DNA of 64,000 nucleotides from Gordius albopunctatus (GCA_964276515.1 OZ193910.1:5642001-5706000); one strand, 5' to 3'; positions 39,377 through 52,418 are shown, counted from the first letter of the stretch. Program-made: numbers and translations. The notes: generated from the letters alone by a model not told the origin.

Positions 39377-40583
39377 TTATTCAATAATATATTCGCCGTT
39401 GCTGTTTACGACCTCCTGCCACCTTTTGACTAATTTTTCGATGCCATTACGCCAAAAATCGACCGGTCTGGTATCGAAGAAGTTGTTAAGCCAGTTTTTA
39501 AGGCCATCTACATTGTCCAAAGTAACAACCCTCATATGGTTCGAGAGAGAGCGGAAAAGATGGTAATCCGTCGGTGAAAGGTCCGGAGAATATGGGGCGG
39601 ATGCTGAAGGACCTCCCATTCGAGCTCTTGGAGTGCGGCTTTTACGACTTGAGCAACATGGGGCCTTGCGTTGTCGTGAAGGAGTATAGTCTGGCCTTGT
39701 CGATGGGGTCTTTTGAGTCGAATAGTCTCATTCACGCGGTGTAGCTGGGATATATAGAGCTCCTTGTTGACCGTGGCATTCCTTTCCAGAATTTCCCAAT
39801 GCAGAATGCCCTCCCAGTCCCACCAAACGCAGATTATGGTGGTTTTTGGATGGAGTTCAGGCTTGACCCTCGGCTTTGGAGTCGCTCCAAGACCCACCCA
39901 CTCTTTTCTTTGCTTCAAATTTACGTAAAAACACCATTTCTCATCTCCCGTGACGTTTCGGTACAAAATGCGCTGTTTATGACCGTGGGTTGCTCGATGA
40001 CGGGCGAGATGTTGAGAAGCAATTTTAAGGCGATTTTCTTTGTGGCTTTCGTTTAGCTCGTCAAGCTCCAAATTTTTTCGGCAATTCCCATCGAATGAAG
40101 ATGATTTAGGATAGTTTTCTGATCGAACTTCCTTATTTCCGCCAATTTGCAACTTGTTTGAGGACCGACCTCATTCAAAAGTGCTTTGAGACACTCTTCG
40201 TCGAATTCCGAGGGTCTTCCGCTACGGGGCTTGTCAGTGATGTCAAAATCGCCATTTTTGAACTTTGCGAACCATTTTTGTGCTGTAGACTCAACTATGA
40301 CACCTTCTCCGTATACTTTACAAATGTCTCGGGCTGTTTCAGCAGCGTTTTGACCACGATGAAAAGCGAAGAATAGCAGGTGTCGGAAATGTTGATTCTT
40401 ACCGTTTGGATACTCCATTTTGACGTTGAAAAAGTAATAAAAAACTAAATTTCTTAAAATCACAATTGGCACAGTTTTGTAGAGGGGAAAGAGTTCTACT
40501 TAATGAATATTATATAATTCATCAGAAGCAAAAAATGGATAAAATAATGCAACATGTGTTAGAACTTTCTCCTCAACCAATAT
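39377..40583 (-). mobile_element. Defective mariner (DD34D) transposon; transposase pseudogene 40418-39377 with frameshifts near 40075 and 39615; only one TIR recognisable (~40555-40583)
   Basis: HFRHLLFFAFHRG, RSGRP, VTGDEKW, LHDNARPH and YSPDLSPTDYHLFRSL motifs. End sequence TATTGGTTGAGGAGAAAGTT on the minus strand. Confidence 0.92.
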
Positions 40584-40731
40584 TACTTTAATAGCTGTAG
40601 ATTTTAGCTTATTATCTTTGCACTATAAAGATAATGTTAGGCCAACTAATGGCTTGGATTTTCAAGCACGATAAATAATTTTTTGTGATTTGCGCTCTCG
40701 AATTTTATGATATTTGATTAAGCTCGTTGAA

Positions 40732-40940
40732 TAACCCTACCTAAGCTCTCCCAAGTCCGTGTCTGAAAATGATTTCTAGCGTCAGGGCGAAAACCGGCAA
40801 AAACAATCCAATTTTATAACAGAAAAGTAGGGTGACCTTCACAAACGACGTGCATTGCATACCCCGCCTTGTGGAATGTAGAAAATACACTAGAGATACT
40901 GCCCGACTCTGTGGAAATAATGCCAATAACGAGCTGTAAT
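40732..40940 (+). mobile_element. 5' fragment of an RTE LINE related to 47778-50828
   Basis: CTACCTA..CCCAAGTCCGTGT...GCGTCAGG..AAACCGGC...ACAAACGACGTGCATTGCATACCCCGCC aligns to 47783-47980. Confidence 0.8.
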
Positions 40941-41100
40941 TAGTGATGCGGGAAACCCGAGAAATTTTTCGGTCTTGTCTCATCTTGAAAAACCGAGACG
41001 AGACGAGAATTTACAAAACTAACATCAAGACTAGAATTTTGATGTCGAGATGAGACGATGCGAGATTTTTTTTTGCAAAAGTTTATAATTTGGCAATTAC
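40941..41100. mobile_element. One terminus of a hAT-like element with GAGAC repeats
   Basis: TAGTGATGCG start and repeated CGAGAC units; similar to the terminus at 63547. Confidence 0.5.
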
Positions 41101-41129
41101 AGTTCTTTTAGCTAAATATGTATGGTCCT

Positions 41130-41970
41130 TAGGGTATGTGAATATATTTATTGTGTCCCTAGCATTACTAAAAGTTACAAAATAGACGTAGAATTTTGAT
41201 GGAGGAGTAAATATAACTAAAGATGAATTTCGCATAGAACTCTGTTTTTAATTTGTAAGAAATCGTGACTATTCCGATTTATTCCATAAATTAGTACCAA
41301 CATTACGAAGATTAATATAATCGCAAACAACGCAAGAACTTGTTTTGGATATGAAGTATGGCACGCGTCACTAATGCATTCATTGTAATGATTATCATGC
41401 TCCACTACATAATTTGGCATGCACTATGGAAAATAGAATGTGCTACGTCGTAGACCATTTAGCAGCTGGAAACACGTTGGACCACGGACATTAACTAAAA
41501 GCACATGAAGAAAGAAACATTCATATTAACTGAAAAAATAGTGTATACTCGGCCTATCGCATTATCTTTGAATATTTCAGGTCGTCCGGCGACTCGCTTT
41601 CCGCGTTTGCGACGTTCATAAAATCTGTTGTCTGCCATGTGTAATACGTAAGAACTTCGCAATATAGCAGCGCTTGCAAAATCATCATGCTCACCTAGCT
41701 TGAAGAAAGCTGTTAACGTTGTATCTGAGGAATTTAAGGCTATTTTTTTGACATTTGCTTTTGTAAAATAAACGCGTTGCCTATTTTCTAGATGTATCCC
41801 TAAGTGAACGCCGGCAGGACTCGTTTCATCTATAACAATGAATAGAATATTTCATATAGCTTCATTGCTGCTTATGTATCATCCAGTCTGATACCATGCC
41901 ATTTCATCGGTTTGAAGGCTCGCTATATTCACATTGCTATCTGCTTGAACGGTATAAACTGCCATATCAC
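41130..41970 (-). pseudogene. Helitron Rep/helicase remnant, downstream part
   Basis: Minus-strand translation with stops and frameshifts: DMAVY..YQTG*YISSNEAI..VHLGIHLENRQRVYFT, YYTW..RRKRG..AIGRVYTI, VRGPTCF, HYNECISDACHTSYPKQVLALFAIIL. Confidence 0.85.
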
Positions 41971-44900
41971 AAAGTTTAGACTTTGAAGCGCAAGGTTGCT
42001 GGTTCGATTCCACCTCCGGCATTTATTTCAAAGTTTAAAAATATCTCACATCGTCAACACGGCAGTCAGGCATGTATAGCCGAGCGTCACCCCTGATCCA
42101 AGTGCTATGAAAGTTCGTAATAATGAAAGTAATGAAAGCGCTAGGGCGTCCTCCGTAAACGACGCGCATGGTTGGCGCCCGTATCATGTGAAAAGTCAAC
42201 GAGGGTCACTAAATCTTCCGCAAACTGATGTAGTTAAAGAAACTAGTTTGCTAAGGACGAGATTGAGAGTGGGCTCTCTAAATTTTGGTACGATGATTGT
42301 GAAATGCCGAGAAGTTGCTGACACCTTCAACAAGCGACGGGTCGGTATAGCACGTATACAGGAAACAAGATGGAAAGGCGCAAAAGCAAGGATGATAGGT
42401 GAAGGCTATAAACTTTACTTCAATGGCCTAGAAACGAATAAAAATGGCGTGGCAATCATACTAGCCTCACATCTGCAAGATAAAGTCATCGAGGTACAAA
42501 GAAAAAGTGGGCGACTCATGATGTTGAAACTATGCATAGAAGGCCAAATGACTAATGTAGTTTCCAGATATGCTTCGCAAACAGGATGCACAGATGAAAA
42601 AAGGAGGAATTTCGGGAAGAATTATACGAAATGCAGTAAATTATACCCAGAGCCGAGATAGTTATAATTGGAGCCGATATGAATGGTCACGTAGGCAAAA
42701 CAAGAGAAGGATTTGAACGGTACCATGGTGGAAATGGCTACGGAGTGAGAAACAATGAAGGCGACGAAATATTGAAAATAGTAGTTGCATTTGATTTGGC
42801 CATCACAAATACCTTCTTCAAAAAGAATGTAAATCACCTAACAAATTACAAAAGTGGAAATCGATCTTCGCAGATTGACTTTCTCCTAATATCAAGAAAG
42901 GAATTAAAGAATGTACGAGATTGTAAGGTGATACCAGGTGAGGCTATTGCAGCCCAGCATAGACTTGTTGTGATGGACTATACCATCTACAAGGCGAAAA
43001 CACAAAAGCCAAAGAAATTAAATATGAAAATCAAATTATTCCGGCTACCAAAATTGAAAGATATTTACAATGACCAAATAGTTGAAAGGCTGCAAATAGA
43101 TGATCAGCAGAATGCTAACGATATATGGAATTACATAGCTAACACGGTACGATCAGTAGCGAGATGTGTTCTAGGAGAAGGTAAACCAGGTATACAGAAA
43201 GATAAGGAGACATGGTGGTGGAACAAAGACGTGCAACGCCTGGTCAAGCTGAAAAGAAAGCTTTATAAATTATGGTCAGGCAACAGAAATGAGGAAACAT
43301 GATTGGCATATGTGAAAGCTAAAAATGAGGCAAAACGTTGTGTAGCCAAGACTAAAACAGAGGTCTACGAGAATTTGAATGCCAAGTTAACCAGTAAAGA
43401 AGGGGAAAAAATGATCTAAAAAATCGCAAAAACCAGGGCAAGGAACTCAAAGGATGTGGTAAACGTGAAAACCATAAAGAGCAAAGATGGCATCACTCTA
43501 ACTCTGCACCATCAAATCATAGATCGTTGGGAAGAATACTATAAAGAATTATTAAACAGTGAAAATGGGTTTTCAGACTACTGCGATAGCAAGAACTATG
43601 AATATGACCCAAAGTTAGAAGTGACAGAAGAAGAGGTTGACCAGGTGCTTAAAAAGATGACAGTAGGTAGAGCGGTGGGACCTGATAATATACCTATGGA
43701 AGCTTTCAAAATGCTAGGACCCGTAGGTATACATCTACTTGCAAAGCTGTTTAAAAATAAACTTGCAAGTGGTATGATTCCTGATGAGTGGAGGGAAAGT
43801 TATGTTATACCTATCTATAAATTGAAGGGAGATGTACAAAAATGCAACAACTATCGAGGGATAAAGTTAACGAGTCACGTAATGAAGGTGTGGTAAAAGG
43901 TTATAGAAGCTAGACTCCGAAAAATAATATCAATAGATCAACGACAATTTGGGTTCATGCCTGGAAAGTTGACTTCAGATGTAATACATCGTCTTAGGAG
44001 ACTTATGGAAGTATATAAGGAAAAACAAAAGGATCTTCATATGTGTTTCATCTATTCTGAGAAAGCTTTCGATAAAGTTCCAAGACCGTTGATATGGGAT
44101 AGCCTGAGTTCCAATGGTGTACCCGAGGCTTATATAATGTTAATAAAGGATATGTATAGAAACGCGAAAACCAAAGTACGGACATCCATTGGGACATCAA
44201 AGGGATTCAGTCTAAATGTCGGTGTGCATCAAGGATCGACCCTAAGTCCATTGCTCTTCATAACAATAATGGATTCGATAACAAAGGACCTGAAACGCGA
44301 ATCACCTTGGGCAATGCTCTTTGCGGATGATATCGTCCTGTGCGCAGGCTCAAACGTGAAATTAGCAGAGCAGGTAAAAGTGTGGATGGAACGAATTGAA
44401 AGCAAAGGCCTTAGGGTCAACCGATATAAAACTGAATATGTATGCTTGGAGTCAGGAAATGAATACAAAGAAGCACACCTGCAAATCGATGACTGGTGTT
44501 TAAGCAGCAGGAAAGAATTCAAATATCTTGGTTCTAGGGTACAATGTGATGGAGGTGTGGAAAACGAAATTAAGGCAAGAATAAACGCAGGCTGGCTAAA
44601 ATTCAGGGATTTGAGTGGTGTCCTATGTGACAAGCACATACCACTCAAATTGAAAGGGCGGTTATATAACACCGTTATTGTACCCACAGTATTGTATGGA
44701 GCTAAAACCTGAGCAATTAAGGCAAAAGAGGAGCAAAGCTTGGCTACAATGGAGATGCGAATGTTGAGATGGATCTTGGGAATAAGCAAAAAGGACCATA
44801 TAAGGAATCAAGACATAAGGAATAAACTAAATGTAGTTCCGATTCAGAGAAAGTTGGTGGTAAGAAGATTGAGATGGTATGGCTATTTGGAGAGACGGGA

Positions 44901-45107
44901 GGAAAGTCACTTGGCAAATCGTATCAAGAAAGTGCAAGTCGAAGGTAAGCGAAAGAGAGGGAGGCCTAAACTGACATGTAAGCATAAAATGGATATGGAC
45001 TTAAAAAGGTACGAGCTAAAGCGAACTGGTGTAAGTGCAGGAATACATGGAGAACCTACTTGAAGGAGCTGACCACTAAATGTGATAAACAGCTATAGGA
45101 AAAAAAA
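41971..45107 (+). mobile_element. RTE-clade LINE (family B), near full length with several stops and frameshifts, inserted in the Helitron remnant
   Basis: APE domain (VGSLNFGTM, IQETRWKG, DMNGHVG, SQIDF, AQHRLVV) and RT (NYRGIKL, KAFDKVPR, VGVHQGSTLSPLLF, MLFADD, FKYLGS, RLRWYG); A-rich 3' end. Confidence 0.93.
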
Positions 45108-46960
45108 TTCTTAGTTGATGTGTGCTTTTTATAAATTCAATAGCAAAGGAGAATATGGAATAACCCAGCGGTCACCTTAACCATTTCCGAAGTTTAATAA
45201 TTGCTACGTTACAACCATCTTTTGTTGATCTTCTTTTACACAAAGGATATCCATCACTGCCTGTAATTGTGTTGCATACCTAGCCTCGAGGATATCACTT
45301 TGAGCATTTACCGTCGATCACGTATGGCGATTTTGGACGAAGTGTATCATATTTTTTTCTAACAATTTCGTACAAATCCTTATCTACATATACGATTTTA
45401 TTGGATGTGATCTTATTATATAGCCAGATGAATAAATGGGCATGCAGTAAATCTGTCTTTTGCCCAAACATCCAGCAACGCTCAGAGCCAAATACCTCAT
45501 GCTTAACAATGAGATTAATCACTTATTTAAGTTTCTGTCGAAATCAACTACTGTGACATCATGCCTATCGACTGGTGATTGGCCAAGAAATAAGAATTCC
45601 TGTACATAGTGCTAAGCAAGCTTGCCTGTAAATGTAGTAAATAGATCTGGACGACCGTAGTACGCAATTGAATCTTGGGCGTATTAATGAATATGACGCG
45701 GACTTCCGGTGTATGAAGCGGGCAAAATAGTTAGTCTCTCAACATTAATTGTATTTGTGTCGTTAAGAAATGCATTTTGCAAATGAACGTATTATTCTGA
45801 GCGAATTTGGTCTGATTTAAACGGATGAAGGGCAGACGTTCCGATTCAATTTTGGCATACATATCTACGAAGTATTGATAGAGGGGGCATTTTAAAATAT
45901 AAATTTATTCATGCTCTTGAAGCATTATTCTGTGTGAATAATAATTCATAACGCTGCATTTTGAGTTTATTGATTTACTATTGGCTGCGTTTATCTTCTT
46001 AACGTTAAAGTGATATCCGTCAGCAATCCCAAAACATAAATGGATATTGAAGGAAGTCATGGCATCGATAAGTGTCCGCAACTTGTGTCATAGCATCGTT
46101 TCTCTTGTGCAGTACAATATATCTTGATTGAAATTAGTCCCCAACTATAACAATTGCGACTTCGTTTGTAGTTAGGATTAAATCTTCTCATATGTTGTCC
46201 CACAGGACTTTTGTTAGCATGAATAACAGTCGGGTTATGTTTTGAACATTCGCTTTTAATTTTCTCAAGCCGGAAGAAGCGCCTGAAGTTTTAAATCGAT
46301 TTTACACTGTTAGAAATTCAAAGGCGTAAACCTAATTCAGTCTCATTGTTTCCGATAAATTAAATTTGTAGGAACTTATGTTGCCTACCTTGTAATGGAA
46401 GGAGGGAGCCGGCTTTATAGTAATTTTGACCTTTAACTTAAAGGTTGTCATGAATTGAGTTGTTATAATATCTGTGCCAAACGACGTCATTTGACAGCAG
46501 GACTTGTATTCCTGAAGCTAGATAGTAAATGTTTAGAAGTGGTATTATAACCAGCAAGCAAAGTTTATAATTGCTCTGGCGGTTGTCCAAGCTGAGGCAA
46601 CTTTTCCAAAGACGTAATATATTCCGTTCGTTTCCCAGAAAATTTTAGAGCATTGCAATAACAAACACTACGGTCATAGTGCCATTAAGAACATGGCGAC
46701 GTTTTAATATAAGATGAGTTGTATGAAAATGCAAGGTGGCTGAATGAGCAAAATTGCTGAGCACGTGTAGGTGGCAGAAGCAGACTCACTGACTCTTGTA
46801 ATTCGGCATGCTCAATTGGTTAAAGTATTTAGTATTGAAGTTGCAGAACACAAGGGTGGGTGCAGTAAGCAATCTTCAAGTCTGAGAGTACATTTGACGC
46901 ATTCGAATTCCAGCTAGCGTACGACGTCCCATTGTCGATGTCCTGCGACGCCCAATTTTA
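45105..46960 (-). pseudogene. Helitron Rep (HUH endonuclease) remnant, upstream part
   Basis: Minus-strand ILPASYTGSPRHIH*YAQDSIAY-YGRPDLFTTFT, LLHAHLFIWL (HUH motif), DGKCSK, DRWVIPYSPLL..AHIN*E. Confidence 0.88.
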
Positions 46961-47012
46961 AATTTTTCTGAAAAGAAGCAAAATCTAACTATAGGTTCTT
47001 ACAACCTTAGAG

Positions 47013-47505
47013 CAGAGACCAGAAATGCTCGACCCGGCCCACGGGCCGGGCAACTGTCTTAAATTTTAATTTTCGGGCGGGCACGCTGATAAGATTCGGG
47101 CATAAATCCTAGTAAATTATCTTATTTCTTTTTTATTAGATTGTATATCGCGTGTGCGAATGCTGCCACCCCTAATGTTAAATCTTTGTCCCAGTCCATT
47201 TCTTTCAGATCCCTAGCTACGTTTATGGAGTATTGAATTATTTATATTTATGTAGCTATTTCATTGTTCGCAATACATTTGTGTGCTGACTAGGCTTAAA
47301 ACAGGCGTCATGCCATTTTCACACAATGTATGTGTATATAAGTGTTTAATTCTAATTCATTAATTCTTTTAACAAATAAAATTTTGTTCAGCCTTTTTGA
47401 TTCCCACTTATTTTTATAATACATAACTAATTCACAACCATTCTTTTTTTGCTTCAAATAAAAATTTTTATTCTAAAAGTAAGTAATATTAATTTAAATA
47501 ATTTT
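47013..47505. mobile_element. Left arm of TIR element (family of 31636-32484), split by the composite insertion
   Basis: Reverse complement of ~32005-32484; starts CAGAGACCAGAAATG. Confidence 0.85.
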
Positions 47506-50500
47506 AATTGCTATGCAATTTATGGGCTCGTTTTTTGTTGTCCGTCCGTTACCCTCCAATTTATTTACACCAGCTTCCCGACCTGAGGGTTCGTGTTCAA
47601 TCCCGGGATAGGACAAAAAAAATTTTTAATTTTTTAAATTAAATTTATGTTTTGTTCTTGTTAATACCATTAATAATATGACTTTTTGACCGTCCTCTGG
47701 CTGCTGACCAATGAAAAAATGACCATTGACCAAATAAATCGAAATTTTTTTTCGTTTTTGAATTGGGTAATAACATTAACACTACCTACGACAGTCCCAA
47801 GTCCGTGTGCAAAAAGTGGAGGGTTGGCGTCAGGTCGGAAACCGGCTATAAAGATCAACTCCAAAATTTATGATAGTTTCAAACGAGATTTTACAAGAAA
47901 AGGCTAGGGCGTCCTCCACAAACGACGCGCACTGCATACCCCGCCCGTGCAATGTGAAAAATACACTAGGGTTGCTGCCTAACTCACAACAAAGGCGGTT
48001 AAGGAAACTAGTTGTGGAAAGAATGCGAATTACGTGCTGGAATGTGAGAACCTTGACGGGGAAGAGCATCGAGGTCGCACAGATGTTAAAAAGAAGAAAG
48101 GTACACATCGCCTGCCTACAAGAGACGAGGTGGAACGGAACGAAAGCTCGGGAATTAGGAGAAGGATACAAGCTTTTCTACAGTGGGTAACCAAATCGTA
48201 GAAACGGGGTCGGTATCGTTCTAAGCGAATCGTTCAAGGACAAGGTGGTGGAAGTCAAACGTTGTTCCGACAGGCTAATATGGGTGAAGATTGCGGATCA
48301 AGGGGGCCACCTAACCGTTATGTGCGCGTATGCTCCCCAAATTGGGTGTTCGGAATCAGAGAAAGACATATTCTTCGAATCATTGGAAAAGGAAATACAA
48401 GGATTGGGACCGGTTTCAACGCTCACGTAGGGAAAAATCGCCTCGGGTATGAACACAATCATGGAGGCTATGGGCATGGTCTGAAGAACAAAGAAGGGGA
48501 AAAACTTCTCCAAGTATCCCAAGCATATGACATGGCGATCGTTAACACCTATTTTCAAAAGCGCGAAGATCATATTGTGACCTATAGAAGTGGGAAGCAT
48601 TTTAGTCAAATCGACTATTTGCTTATACGGCGAAAGGACTTATGGAGTATCAAGGATTGCAAGGTAATACCGGGAGAAGAAATCGCCAGGCAACATCGTC
48701 CCCTTGTTATGGATCTTGACAGAAGAGCATTTCCCGCAGGAAGAAAGGTATATGAACCTCGAATTCGATACGAAAGGCTAAAGGATACGTCGACGAACGA
48801 AGAATACCATCAAAAAGCCTCCTCACTCTTGGGTGCAAGGAAGTTGCAAAGGGACGTAGACGAAGATTGGGAGACGCTATCTAAGGACATTAAGGAAACA
48901 GTGATTCGTGTTCTAGGACAGACCAAAGGAGGCAAAGCTATGAATAGGGAACTATGGTGGTGGGATCAATCGGTTAAAGATTTCATCGAAATAAAGAAAA
49001 ATCTATATAGACGGTGGCATAAATCAAAAAATTCGGAGGATTATCAAGAGTACAGGTGCGCAAAGAGGGCCGCAAAAAAGGCCGTTGCGAAAGCGAAGAA
49101 TGCTGCGTACACCGAGATGGCAAACAAACTGGATCATAAAGGGGGCGATAGGCTTATGTACAAATTGGCCAAGATAAGGGAGAAGAAAAGTCGAGATGTC
49201 GGAGTTCTTAAAATAGTCAAAAGCGAGAAGGGTCAAACCTTATTCAAGCCGAAGGAAGTGATGGAAAGGTGGAAAGGATATTTTAAGAAACTTATGAATA
49301 TTGCAAATGACAAGGATTCCCTTCCCGAAATTGAGCCAAATATAAGTATGGTCGAACTCTTTCAGAAGGATGAAGTTAGGACACAAATGAACAAGATGCA
49401 AAAAGGAAAAGCAAATGGCCCAGATGGAATACCTATGGAAGCATTGCTCGGATGTCGTGAAGAGGGAGTCACCACCATGACGAACCTCATTAACAAGATA
49501 TTGGTAGAAGAGCGAATCCCTAATCAATGGAGAGCAAGCACGATTATACCCTTATTCAAAGGCAAAGGAGACCCTCAGGACTGCGGCAATTACAGAGGTA
49601 TCAAGCTAACTTGCCACTCCTTGAAGCTTATGAAAAGAATCTTAGTAACAAGGCTGAAAAACGAGGTGGAAATATCGGCTAATCAATTCGGATTCGTGGC
49701 CGGCAAATCCACAATCGACCCAATCTTCGCCCTAAGACAAATGATGGATAAGTATGGTGAAAAGAGGAAAGACCTACATATGGTTTTTATTGACTTGGAG
49801 AAAGCTTATGACACGGTCCCCCGCGATTTAATATGGTGGTGCCTGAGGAAACAAAATATCCCTGACGCATATATACGGCTTATGAAAAATATCTATGAAG
49901 CCTCAAACTCTTGCGTTAGGACGACAGTTGGAGACTCTAAACCTTTTCGGGTTAATATTGGATTACATCAAGGGTCTGCTTTAAGTCCCTTTTTATTTAA
50001 TATAATTATAGACACGATAACGAGGGACTTTCAAAAGCCATCGCCATGGTGTATGCTATATGCCGATGATATAGTACTATGCGAGGAAACAAGGGAGAAG
50101 GTATTCGAAGAAGCAGAAAAGTGGTCAAAGCGCTTAGCTGGATATGGTTTAAAGGTCAACGATCGAAAAACGGTATACATGGAAATGAACGGTACAGGCA
50201 CCCCATCGCTGGATGACCACCTAAAGTACCCAAAAGTAGACAGGTTTACTTACCTCGGCTCTATGCTACATCAAGAGGGAGGTTGCGCAACTGAAATCAA
50301 TGCCCGGGTTCAAAAAGGATGGCTTAAATGGCGAAGTATATCCGGTGTAATGTGCGACAAGAAAATGCCAATATGGTTGAAGAGCAAAGCTTACAAATCC
50401 ATCGTAAGACCGGTGTTACTCTATGGAAGTGAAACATGGGCATTAAACACCACGGAAGGAAAGCTATTACAAGCCACGGAGATGAGAATGATACTGTGCA

Positions 50501-51750
50501 GCTTGGGGTATACTAAGCTCGACCATATGACGAATGACTTTCTCATGACAAAAATGGGTATTCAACTAACGAAAATCGGCTAAGGTGGTATGGGCATATA
50601 CTAAGAAGGGATCCGGATGACGTAAATCGAAAAGTGCTAGACATTAAAATACCGTGGAAGAGAGGAAGAGGACGACCCCGTGTCACGTGGAAAAGGCAAG
50701 TCAATAAAGTTATGGAAACTAAAGAGATTAGTCAAGACATGTCACTAACCCGGTCAAGATGGAAGAGACTCATCAAAACAAACCCCACCAATGTGGGACC
50801 AAATAACTGATAAAGAAGAAGAAGAAGAGAATTGGGTAATAACATTGATAATTACCCTATGCCCTCCACTACAAAGGCCTATGCCTCTACTGATATGGGT
50901 CCCTGTGCCCTAAAAAAGCCTATGCCTCTATTAATGTGGGTTCGAATCCCGGCGAACGTTCTGAATTGCTGGTTCGAATCCCGGAAAGGCAAAATTTTTA
51001 TTTTTTTTAAATTAAATTAATATATTTTTCTTGTTAATACCATTGATAATATGACTTTCTGACCGTGTTCTGGCTACTGACCAATGAAAAAAATGATCAC
51101 TGGCCAAAATATGAATCGAAATTTTTTTTTCGTTTTTGAATTGGTTAACATTGTTAATTACCCTATGCCCTCCTCTACCAGGGCCTATGCCTCTACTGAT
51201 ATGGGTCCCTGGTTTGAATTCCGGAGAGGGCAAAATTTCTATTTTTTTTTAAATTAAATTAATATTTTGTTCTTGTCAATACCATTGATAATAGGAATTT
51301 TTGACCGTGCCCTGGCTACTGACCAATTATAAAAATGACCATTGGCCAAAATGTGAATCGAAATTTTTTTTTTCGTTTTTTTTTGACTCGTATGTATTTA
51401 TAGACCGTCTCTGGGTACTGACCAATTGAAAAAAATGACCATTGGCCAAAATGTGATTCGAATTTTTTTTCCTTTTTTTTGACTCGTATGTATTTATATA
51501 TCGTCTCTTGGTGCTGAACAATAAAAAAAATGACCATTGGCCAAATTGTGATTATTGTTTTTTTTTGTTTTTGAATTGGTTAACATTGATAATTACCCTA
51601 TGCCTCTACTAATATGGGTCCCTGTGCCCCTACAAAAGCCTATGACTCTACTAATGTGGGTTCGAATCCCGGAGAGGGCAAAATTTTTATTTTTTTTTAA
51701 ATTAAATTAATATATTGTTCTTGTTAATACCCTTGATAGTATGACTTTTT
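47506..51750 (+). mobile_element. DINE-1/HINE-like element with internal ~300-bp tandem units, interrupted by an RTE; lacks the 3' hairpin
   Basis: 5' TTTT|AATTGCTATGCAATTTATGGGCTCG then GTCCGTCCG. Internal units carry GGTTCGAATCCCGG and CTGACCAATGAAAAAATGACCATTGGCC. Confidence 0.75.
47778..50828 (+). mobile_element. Full-length RTE-clade LINE (family A) with 18-bp TSD; ORF disabled by a stop at 48188 and small deletions near 48410 and 50566
   Basis: TSD GAATTGGGTAATAACATT at 47760-47777 and 50829-50846; (GAA)n tail; APE (WNVRTL, LQETRW, SQIDY) and RT (FIDLEKAYD, GLHQGSALSP, YADD) motifs. Confidence 0.96.
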
Positions 51751-52418
51751 TTTAAAATTATGTTTAAAATTTGAGGAATCATAAGACTATAGAAAGTGGG
51801 GCCTTTTGCATAACAATTCAAATAAATTAATAGCTTTGTAAAAACGGTTGAGTTTTGTTTGGTCGACCTTTTCTGATTTTCGAATTCCGACTAAGCCTAG
51901 CGGTTGACTAAGGAAAATAGACCAAAGAATCTTTAATTTGTTTGTGTTTAGTCGACTAAAAACTACTAGTGCTAAGCATTTATAAAAATCTTCACAAATA
52001 ATATTTCATATTTATTGAAGGATGCAATATTTACAAATGGCAAATTTCATCGCCTATTATGTCTTTATATATATATTAAATTATACTCCACATAGAAAAA
52101 GTTCTCTATTTTTTATTGGTAGGAGATACTATAAATATTATTTTTTGAGTTTCATATTCAAAAAATATCGGCTTGGTAATTAACGATACTAGCAAAGTAT
52201 CGATCGATACATTTGGCAAGGTATCGGTTTAGTCGTCACCTCTTGACGCTAAAACTGACTACTATTTCAATCTATAGAAAACCAATATAAATAACATAGG
52301 CGCAGCTAAGGGGAAGGGGGTATTCCCCCTTGCCCCGTAACGTTATTTTTAATTACTCACCCTACGATGCAATTCTCGAATACACCCTTCCCCCAATAGC
52401 TTACATTTAATTACTTGA

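Noticed and set aside
44229..44789. 186-aa minus-strand ORF, and similar antisense ORFs at 48298-49527 and 61101-62826
   Set aside because: Shadow frames of RTE reverse transcriptase coding sequence.
51290..51560. Repeat-spacer appearance suggesting a CRISPR array
   Set aside because: The intervening sequences are themselves repeated, the context is eukaryotic, and there are no cas genes.
50930..51680. GGTTCGAATCCC motifs as tRNA genes
   Set aside because: No cloverleaf or A box; they are internal to the HINE repeat units.
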